From Patescibacteria group bacterium (lineage in GTDB: Bacteria > Patescibacteriota > Microgenomatia > Levybacterales > UBA12049): a stretch of 64,000 bases of DNA. Numbering within the stretch: position 1 is the stretch's first letter; the number at the start of each line of letters is the position of its first letter. Location of the stretch: NCBI GenBank assembly GCA_038062115.1, contig JBBTXS010000009.1:91681-155680 (forward strand), in the 5' to 3' direction. Positions 55,397 to 62,370 of the stretch are shown one piece after another. The notes beneath the pieces are model-generated. The model saw only the letters and a program-made list of their open reading frames with translations. It was not told where the DNA came from and made no database searches. The position numbers and the translations under genes were made by a program.

Positions 55397-55661
55397 GATA
55401 GCGTACCAATTCTCGGTTGCTTTTTTGTTAAAACCTGTTTGAAAAGTAGTTGTTTTTCCTTCTCTGTCATTGCGAACCAGTCCGCAGACTGGTGTAGCAA
55501 TCTCCAAATGCATGAGATTGCTTCGTCTCCGTCATCTGACGGATCCTCGCAATGACAAATACTTCACCTTCTATCTTCTGTTAACAGAGGATACTTAAAC
55601 GATTGTCTCAATATGTCAATCTGAATACAAGGATTTAGCAACCGGAAAACAATACGCTATC
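55397..55661. mobile_element. 265-bp MITE with 8-bp TSD
   Basis: TIRs GATAGCGTA..GGTTGC / GCAACC..TACGCTATC. Internal core TGTCATTGCGAACCAGTCCGCAGACTGGTGTAGCAATC...GATCCTCGCAATGACA. TSD ACATTTTG at 55389-55396 and 55662-55669. Confidence 0.85.
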
Positions 55662-55719
55662 ACATTTTGCCACTTGACAATAAATCGTATATCTATTCTA
55701 TAATCGAGTAAGTACCCCC

Positions 55720-55867
55720 TGTAAGATTTCAGTCAAAATAGAGGAAAATTTGCAATGCCTGGGGGTTGAAAGTATATATAGTTTACCTTGCAAATACAGT
55801 CTAAAACAGAAATTAGCTGATTTATCATCTATTGCAAATTGTAGTATAATATCACTGAAATCTTACA
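55720..55867. repeat. 148-bp hairpin repeat R2 (same arms as R1, expanded loop containing a copy of the sodX 3' end)
   Basis: Left arm 55720-55733 and right arm 55854-55867. 55720-55787 is nearly identical to 56392-56460. The loop end AATTGTAGTATAATATC matches the R1 loop end. Confidence 0.9.
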
Positions 55868-55888
55868 GTCGGAGAAGGGAGCACTGTT

Positions 55889-56332
55889 ATGGGTTCGTCA
55901 AAGATAAGTTTCGCAGTAGTCACAGCAGTTTTCTTGGCAGTGGCGGGTGTTTTGGCGGTCTTTGAGGTGTTTGCTAACAGCGTGTCAGCCGCACCCAAGA
56001 TCACAGACCCGCTAGTTGTGAAAGCGTGCATGCGGGCTAACGGCAATATTCGGGTGACCATGACTTGGCATGACCTGGAAGGCGGAGTAGGAGCGGTGAC
56101 TGGGATTGCGAGCTATTATGCAGGTGCTCGAACTGCTTCACTAGCCTACACGCAGTTCCGCTACCAGACTAGTCCCTACCCTTTGTCTGGGCGGCAGGTC
56201 ATGGAATTTGCGCCGGCTCCGAACGTTCCGAGTCCAAATGACGGCCCCGTAAATCAGGTCTTTTACATCTTCGGCACTACACCTCCCTCAGTCGACTTCA
56301 GTGGCAGCATCACGGACTTCCGGAAATGCTAG
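55889..56332 (+). CDS. Secreted hypothetical protein (signal peptide, two Cys), GC-rich cargo gene
   Basis: MGSSKISFAVVTAVFLAVAGVLAVFEVFANSVSA|APK... SD-like AAGGGAG lies 8-9 nt upstream. Codon and GC usage are clearly unlike the neighbours. Confidence 0.65.
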   Translation: MGSSKISFAVVTAVFLAVAGVLAVFEVFANSVSAAPKITDPLVVKACMRANGNIRVTMTWHDLEGGVGAVTGIASYYAGARTASLAYTQFRYQTSPYPLSGRQVMEFAPAPNVPSPNDGPVNQVFYIFGTTPPSVDFSGSITDFRKC

Positions 56333-56391
56333 TGGGTCACTTGTCACGGATATAGCCTTTTCTCCAAGCTGTTAACTGTCATGAGCATGAC

Positions 56392-56436
56392 TGTAAGATT
56401 TCAGTCAAAATAGAGGAAAATTTGCAATGCCTGGGG
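56392..56436. repeat. Solo left arm R3 + shared 31-nt segment abutting sodX stop
   Basis: TGTAAGATTTCAGTCAAAATAGAGGAAAATTTGCAATGCCTGGGG, identical to 55720-55764. Confidence 0.9.
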
Positions 56437-56736
56437 TTAGAAAGTATATATCACTTTACCGATAATATCGTTTTTTGAGATCCAGCCAAACCTCTTACTA
56501 TCCATACTATCTTTTTCGTTGTCTCCTTTTACGAAATATTTTTTTCCGTCATCTGACTGATCAATTTTGGTAATTCTTTTCATAAGCACTCTCTCATTTT
56601 TTCTAAAAACCACAATATCACCCATTTTTGGTTTTGAGAAAAAATAGGGAAGGCTGCTTGCTAAAACACTTTGTCCATTTTTAATAGTAGGTTCCATGCT
56701 GTGGCCTTCGATCTTGAAAAGTGAAAAAAGAAGCAT
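56437..56736 (-). CDS. sodX: S26-family signal-peptidase-like NiSOD maturation protease
   Basis: GHSMEPTIKNG (catalytic Ser), VLMKRI (Lys) and GDNEKDSMDSR. Immediately downstream of sodN. Confidence 0.8.
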   Translation of the reverse strand: MLLFSLFKIEGHSMEPTIKNGQSVLASSLPYFFSKPKMGDIVVFRKNERVLMKRITKIDQSDDGKKYFVKGDNEKDSMDSKRFGWISKNDIIGKVIYTF

Positions 56737-56755
56737 TATGCTTATATTGTTTGTT

Positions 56756-57268
56756 TTATTGCTTAGGAATAATTATTGTTCCACCGCTTGGGTAAGGAGC
56801 ATTTATTTTTGTTGATTTTATACTTTTTGTCTTCCAAAATATTTCTGCTATTTCTTGAACAGTCTCTAAGAGGTTGTTCGCGGCATCAATATTTACTTCT
56901 TGCCGAGCCTTTGATGCAAGCTTCATTGTTTTAAATACTAAATCATGAAGTTCTGGATATTTATTCAAGTGTTCATCTTTAAAATAATCTCCCCACAAAA
57001 CTCGAATTTCATGTTTAACAATCTCGGCATGTTCTTCTTTTACTTTTGTGTAGCGGGAGAGTGCATGAATAAATTTCTTTCTTTCCTCAATAGACGCATT
57101 TTGATCAATCTTTAAATCGCGAATAAGATTCGTCATTCTAATAACAGTATGTGCTGCCATTTGCGCATTGTGCGGATCATAAATTCCACAAGGAATATCG
57201 CAGTGACCATAAGCAATTTGTGTTGGTAAAATTTTAGATACCAATAAAAATAATCTTTGCATTATCAT
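56756..57268 (-). CDS. sodN: Nickel-containing superoxide dismutase precursor
   Basis: The Ni-hook HCDIPCGIYDP follows a leader peptide. VLWGDYFK, YPELHDLV and IFWKTK match the Streptomyces SodN pattern. Confidence 0.9.
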   Translation of the reverse strand: MIMQRLFLLVSKILPTQIAYGHCDIPCGIYDPHNAQMAAHTVIRMTNLIRDLKIDQNASIEERKKFIHALSRYTKVKEEHAEIVKHEIRVLWGDYFKDEHLNKYPELHDLVFKTMKLASKARQEVNIDAANNLLETVQEIAEIFWKTKSIKSTKINAPYPSGGTIIIPKQ

Positions 57269-57305
57269 AATTTGATAGTAATACTAATCTGTTCTCTTGT
57301 CAACC

Positions 57306-58514
57306 TTAACTTTGTTTCAGTTCGCTTTCAAATTTATTCCACTTCCTGAAAGCTTTAAGCATGGGCAAAATTCCTAAAAGATATAGAAGGAATACTATCT
57401 GCTCAACGATCCAACCAATAACTCCACCAATATAAAAATTATTTATCTGTAAAATCGCAAAATGGCCTTTTAAAGGAACAATATATCCAAAATGAGACAA
57501 CTTATATTCTTTAAGAGGTAATTTTTTTATAAGTCTATAAATATTCTCTGCTGCAATTTTTCCCTGTTTTTGGGCAACTTCTGCAACTAGTGGCGCATAC
57601 TTTTTTGTTTTATGATCTATAAATTCTGCATTATCACCAATAGCAAAAATGTTATCAAAGCCTACAACTTGCAAATAATTATTGACTATTAATTGTCCTT
57701 TTGCATTGGTCGCAAAACCGCATTTAGCAATTATGCTTGCTGTCCTTACTCCTCCTGTCCAAATAAAGATATCGTAATTATAAGAATTACCAATATCTGT
57801 TTTTATGGCATCTTTGTTTACACTTTTAACATATTCACCCAAACAAAGTCTAACCCCAAAACTCTCTAGACGTTTTTTGGCGATTTCTGATGCTTTTTGG
57901 TCTAATTCTTTTAATAAACGCTCAGATTTTTGGATAAGCATTACTCTCATGCAGTCATCTTTACAAAAAAGTTGTTTTGCAAGACGTTCTCGAAAACTTA
58001 TAAGTTCTGCGACAAGCTCTGTTCCCGAAAACCCACCTCCCCCAATAACAACATCTACTACTCCTAATTTTGCTTTTTTGTGATATGCATTTTTGATCGC
58101 TTTTTTAATCTCTATTGCATCGGATAAAGTTTTTAGCGTAAGACTGTGTTGGGTAAGTCCGGGTATACCAAAATAAGCAGGTTCACTTCCCAAAGCAATA
58201 ACCAGATAATCGTAATAAAAACAAGCCTTATTTTTTGTTCTTATAAACTTATTTTCCGTATCAATTAAAGTAATCTCTCCACGAGCAACACTTACTTTGC
58301 GCTCAAAAATTTCTTTTAAAGGTATTGCTATATTTTTTTTCGGTGCCTCAGATGTTGCAACTTCATAAAGTGATGGGGTAAACAAATGATAATTATTTTT
58401 ATCTAAAAGGGTAATTCTAATATCAAGTTCGCATGCCTTTTTTACAAGCTCTAAAGCTGTTCTTATACCGGCAAATCCACCACCTAAAATAACGACATTT
58501 TTATTAAAGCTCAT
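57306..58514 (-). CDS. NDH-2-like FAD-dependent pyridine nucleotide-disulfide oxidoreductase with C-terminal membrane anchor
   Basis: Two dinucleotide folds: VVILGGGFAG and VVIGGGGFSGTE. GDNA motif. C-terminal hydrophobic helices. Confidence 0.85.
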   Translation of the reverse strand: MSFNKNVVILGGGFAGIRTALELVKKACELDIRITLLDKNNYHLFTPSLYEVATSEAPKKNIAIPLKEIFERKVSVARGEITLIDTENKFIRTKNKACFYYDYLVIALGSEPAYFGIPGLTQHSLTLKTLSDAIEIKKAIKNAYHKKAKLGVVDVVIGGGGFSGTELVAELISFRERLAKQLFCKDDCMRVMLIQKSERLLKELDQKASEIAKKRLESFGVRLCLGEYVKSVNKDAIKTDIGNSYNYDIFIWTGGVRTASIIAKCGFATNAKGQLIVNNYLQVVGFDNIFAIGDNAEFIDHKTKKYAPLVAEVAQKQGKIAAENIYRLIKKLPLKEYKLSHFGYIVPLKGHFAILQINNFYIGGVIGWIVEQIVFLLYLLGILPMLKAFRKWNKFESELKQS

Positions 58515-58516
58515 TT

Positions 58517-58581
58517 GAAGAGATCCTTCGCAGGTCTCTCCTGCTCAGGATGAATGTGAACGGTACGTGTTCACATTCATC
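58517..58581. repeat. Palindromic element (GATGAATGTGAAC-N7-GTTCACATTCATC plus AGAGA..TCTCT hairpin) in divergent intergenic region
   Basis: 13-bp perfect arms at 58549-58561 and 58569-58581. The adjacent CCTGCTCAGGATGA resembles the GTCATCCTGAGC-type repeat core. Confidence 0.75.
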
Positions 58582-58667
58582 TTATAGAGTTTACAAATAT
58601 TTCTCAAGGTGTATACGCAAGTTTTTGTGATTGACAGGAAAAATTGTAAATGATATGTTAATAGAGT

Positions 58668-58964
58668 ATGGTGGATCCTGCCCAAACGGCTTTATTTTTA
58701 GTGATTGTTGTTTTAACCGTTCTTCTTTTGGCTTTGGGTATTCAAGTATTTTTTATTCTTCGAGAACTTCGTCAAACAATTTCTAAAGCAAATAAGGTTT
58801 TGGACAATACTAATTTAATTACAGAAAAGGTTTCTGGTCCTATTTCAGCATTTTCCTCTTGGGCTTTAGGGATTAAAGCAGGAGCTTCTTTTTTAAATCT
58901 TTTTAAAAAAAATACAAAAGCAAAGCGGAGCTTTGTAGCAAAGGAGACGCATGGAGAGCAATAA
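58668..58964 (+). CDS. DUF948-like small membrane protein
   Basis: One N-terminal TM followed by a coiled segment RELRQTISKANKVLDNTNLITEKV. Confidence 0.55.
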   Translation: MVDPAQTALFLVIVVLTVLLLALGIQVFFILRELRQTISKANKVLDNTNLITEKVSGPISAFSSWALGIKAGASFLNLFKKNTKAKRSFVAKETHGEQ

Positions 58965-59256
58965 CAATGGAGGTAACAAATTTCTAAATGGTTTTTTGCT
59001 AGGTGCATTAATTGGTGGAGGAGCTATTTTTTTGTTAAGTTCGGAAAAAGGGAAGAAAATTTTGAAGATACTTTCGGAAGAAGGACTAGACAAAATTTCT
59101 GATTTACTACAAGAGCAAGAAAATACTATGGAGGATGATCTTGGAGAAGATGAAGCTTTCTCGGTTAATGGTGAATCAGAAGATAATACCGTTAAGGAAG
59201 AAAAAAAGCCGTTTGTAAGAAGGTTTTTTAGAGGAATATCAAAGCGCACTAGATAG
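58951..59256 (+). CDS. YtxH-like general-stress membrane protein
   Basis: FLNGFLLGALIGGGAIFLLSSEKGKK, typical of YtxH. Overlaps the upstream gene by 14 nt. Confidence 0.6.
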   Translation: MESNNNGGNKFLNGFLLGALIGGGAIFLLSSEKGKKILKILSEEGLDKISDLLQEQENTMEDDLGEDEAFSVNGESEDNTVKEEKKPFVRRFFRGISKRTR

Positions 59257-59262
59257 GCTTAC

Positions 59263-60219
59263 TTAATTAACGTATTTTTGGATATTTAAGTTATGAGCTT
59301 CAAGAGTTTTGGCAAAGTGTAAGTGTCCAGATTTATCAGAAATGTAATACAAATAATCTGTAAGTGCTGGGTTTAAAACTCTCTGTAAGGCATCAAGTCC
59401 TGGATTTGCAATAGGAGCCGGTGGAAGACCAATATTTTTGTAAGTATTGTAGGAAGAATTAATATTTAAATCTTCAAGGGTTAAATTTTTCTTCCACCAT
59501 CTTTTCTCATTTTTTTGATAGCCTAAAGTATATTGTACTGTTGCGTCAATCTGTAAAGGCATAGAAAGCTTGAGTCTGTTTAAAACGACAGAGGCTACAA
59601 GGGGTCGATCTTTTTGGAATTTTGCTTCGCGTTCTATCATGGACGCAATAATTACAATTTGTTGAGTCGAAAGATTACTGTTTGGGTTTTTTATACTCTT
59701 AAATTTTTTGTCAAAATTATTTTTCATAATATTTATTATAAGATTAATATCTGCATCTTTTGGAATAAGGTAAGTGTCGGGAAAAAGATATCCTTCATGC
59801 TCTACAAGTTGATTTCTCCAGCTTGATTGATAATTTGGTACATTTTTTTCGAGCATATCTGCTATTTCTTCGGCTCTTTGCCCTTCTGGAATCGTAACCC
59901 AAAGATCTATTGTTCCATGGGTAAGATTTTGGGCGATTTCTTCAGCGCTCATAGAAGGACTTAAGCGAAAATCCCCTGCTTCAATTTTCTTATCTAGCCC
60001 TAATTTTTTAATCATCAAGAAAAAAACAATAGGGTCTTTAATTAAATTTTTAGTTTTAAGCTTGTTTGCTATTTCGCGAACCTCTTCCCCCTTTGGTACT
60101 ACGAAGATATGAAATGTTTTATCGTTTGGGCTTGCGGGACTAATGCCATTCTGCCACCAAAGCATACCTATAATGCTTGATGCAATAATAAGAATAACGA
60201 GTAAGAATAGTTTTTTCAT
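59263..60219 (-). CDS. mltG: Endolytic murein transglycosylase MltG (YceG-like)
   Basis: N-terminal TM, then SMIEREA...YNTYKNIGLPPAPIANPG...HLHFAKTLEAHN. Confidence 0.9.
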   Translation of the reverse strand: MKKLFLLVILIIASSIIGMLWWQNGISPASPNDKTFHIFVVPKGEEVREIANKLKTKNLIKDPIVFFLMIKKLGLDKKIEAGDFRLSPSMSAEEIAQNLTHGTIDLWVTIPEGQRAEEIADMLEKNVPNYQSSWRNQLVEHEGYLFPDTYLIPKDADINLIINIMKNNFDKKFKSIKNPNSNLSTQQIVIIASMIEREAKFQKDRPLVASVVLNRLKLSMPLQIDATVQYTLGYQKNEKRWWKKNLTLEDLNINSSYNTYKNIGLPPAPIANPGLDALQRVLNPALTDYLYYISDKSGHLHFAKTLEAHNLNIQKYVN

Positions 60220-61490
60220 ACGAAATCCAATATTGGAAAATGCAATAAAGACTCTTTTGCTTCTTTGAGAGTATACAAGTTTTCGCTAAAAAGCGTATAG
60301 AGCGTTTGTCCTTTTTGAGCTGTTTCTCCAATTTTTCTGTCCAAGACTATACCAGCGCCTTTCTGTTTTGGTGCACCTAATATTTTTGCAATTATAGTAA
60401 GATTTTTACTACCTATACTTTTTACAACCCCATTTTTAGACGCTGTTATTTTATAATAAAATTTTCCCGGTTTTAAATCCTCGCTATCTATATGTTGACG
60501 ACCTTCTTGTACATGAATTATTTCCTGCATTTTTCTAAAGGCAAGGCCGTTTCTTAGGATTTTTGTTGCCCATCCAAAACAGTTGCCATAATTTTTTTTA
60601 ACATAAGTCTGAAGTATTTCTGGAGAATCTTTTAGACAAATCTCTAAAAGATTTCCGGCAAGATTTATACTTCTAATCTCAAGATCGAGCGGTCGATTTG
60701 GTTTTTGTTGTAATACCCTAAGCGCTTCTCTGGTTTCTAGTATTGGCCCAATCCCGCGTCCTTCTGGTTGATTTGTTTTATGAATTAAAATACGAATTTT
60801 TATATTGAATTTTTTTGCTAGATACTCAAATTTTTCTTTTAGAACTTCTGCATCTTTTAACCTATGTATTTTTACTGTTTTACCATATGGTAAATCGATT
60901 ACAACATGATTTGAGCCAAATGCAATTTTTTTAGCCATTATAGATACTATAATTTTGTCGAAACTTTCAAGTATTAGTGGTTTTTCTACATTTATTAGTG
61001 CATCATCCGCCGGGGCTATATTAAAGCTTCCTCCCCATACAATACAACCATTTGTTTTTTTAACTATTTCATATATTTTTTCTTTTGTAAATGTAACTTT
61101 GGCCAATGTTTCCATGTCATCTGCTGTTCCACTACATGTAGTGATTGCTTTAGATGAACTTTTGGGAATGGTAAAGCCAGCTGCTGCAACAATTGGCACA
61201 ACAATAAGTGTTGTACGAGTTCCCGGTACGCCTCCGATGGAGTGTTTATCGGCAACTATCCCTGAGAATTTCAATTTTTCCCCGGTTTCAACCATTGCTT
61301 TTGTTAGAAAATAAAGCTCTTGATTAGAAAATCCTTTTGAATAACCCGATGCTGCAAAATAGGTTGTTAAAATGTCTCCCAGTCGGTTGTGCGCTATTTG
61401 ATCCATGATTGAATACAATTCTTTATACGTTAATGGTTTACCAAGCAGTTTTTTTTGTATGGCACTTATTGCAATATTTAAGGCTTTCAT
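60216..61490 (-). CDS. deoA: Pyrimidine-nucleoside / AMP phosphorylase family protein
   Basis: DKHSIGGVPGTRTTLIVVPI...SSKAITTCSGTADDMETL. 424 aa. Confidence 0.8.
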   Translation of the reverse strand: MKALNIAISAIQKKLLGKPLTYKELYSIMDQIAHNRLGDILTTYFAASGYSKGFSNQELYFLTKAMVETGEKLKFSGIVADKHSIGGVPGTRTTLIVVPIVAAAGFTIPKSSSKAITTCSGTADDMETLAKVTFTKEKIYEIVKKTNGCIVWGGSFNIAPADDALINVEKPLILESFDKIIVSIMAKKIAFGSNHVVIDLPYGKTVKIHRLKDAEVLKEKFEYLAKKFNIKIRILIHKTNQPEGRGIGPILETREALRVLQQKPNRPLDLEIRSINLAGNLLEICLKDSPEILQTYVKKNYGNCFGWATKILRNGLAFRKMQEIIHVQEGRQHIDSEDLKPGKFYYKITASKNGVVKSIGSKNLTIIAKILGAPKQKGAGIVLDRKIGETAQKGQTLYTLFSENLYTLKEAKESLLHFPILDFV

Positions 61491-61629
61491 AATTGTCCTC
61501 TTATTTGTTTTATGCCACGAGAGATAATCCCTTTTGCGAGAAAGATAATAAAGTATATAACAGTATTCAGGATTCTATAAACAGTTGGCCAAATTTTTAT
61601 TAAAAATTTCTGCATGTTACGACCCAGCT

Positions 61630-62370
61630 TCAAATTTTTTCAAGGCTAGCTTTAACAACAAGTCTTTTCCAAACGGTTCCTGGAGGAGTGCAGGTAACTA
61701 GGGTTACATAAGAATTGTCAAAGGTTTGAGAAAATACGGATGTATCAGATGGATCAACTACAGAAATACTATATATTTTATACAAATAAGATACGCCATT
61801 TACGTGCGTCAAAATTCTGTCTCCAATTTTAAGTTTGTAGGCATTTGCAAAAATCGTTTTGTAATCTTTAGGATTAAAAAGCTGTGGTAAGGTGGAATGG
61901 CCAAAAATTACAGCATTGCCTAAATCTCCTGGAATACTTGTCCCTTGGTAATTTACTAAATGGGCTCCCACATTATTATCAACAGCTGACACATGGGCAT
62001 TATCTATTTGTATTTTTGGGATAGAAAGAGTATAAGAAGAAACTTTAAGAGATCCTTTTCTACCTAATTTACTAACGCTAAAGGTTGGAAACCAATTTTC
62101 TGCATTTGTATAATCAACTCCAGTTAGTGTGTTTTTAGCCTGAATAATAAGGTTTTCTATAATAGAAGAATTTACAACAATTGATTTTGGAATAGGCATT
62201 GTCATATTTTGGGAAGCAAATACTCTCTGGAAATAAATTTGCCATAAGATTAGAGGCGAGAAAATATAAACTGCTATCAAAAGTCCTACTATCAATAATG
62301 TTGCACTTGCAATTCTAAAAGATTTTTTTAATAAATTTCCAGACGTTTTTTTGTAATAGTATTTACTCAT
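61630..62370 (-). CDS. Sortase (membrane-anchored transpeptidase)
   Basis: N-terminal TM, IFGHSTL (catalytic His), TLVTCTPPG (TLxTC Cys) and a C-terminal R in KRLVVKA. Confidence 0.88.
   Translation of the reverse strand: MSKYYYKKTSGNLLKKSFRIASATLLIVGLLIAVYIFSPLILWQIYFQRVFASQNMTMPIPKSIVVNSSIIENLIIQAKNTLTGVDYTNAENWFPTFSVSKLGRKGSLKVSSYTLSIPKIQIDNAHVSAVDNNVGAHLVNYQGTSIPGDLGNAVIFGHSTLPQLFNPKDYKTIFANAYKLKIGDRILTHVNGVSYLYKIYSISVVDPSDTSVFSQTFDNSYVTLVTCTPPGTVWKRLVVKASLEKI

Noticed and set aside
55020-56470. A classical integron.
   Set aside because: No intI-like gene or attI is present in the window. The arm sequences do not match the attC R-box consensus (GTTRRRY). The arms resemble local MITE termini. 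It is therefore reported as integron-like architecture only.
58549-58581. Rex or CRP/FNR operator upstream of the NDH-2-like gene.
   Set aside because: TGTGAA and TTCACA are separated by 9 nt, and TGTGA/TCACA by 11 nt. That differs from the 6-nt spacing in the Rex and CRP consensus. The flank looks like a repeat-family core, so this is kept only as a low-interest palindrome.
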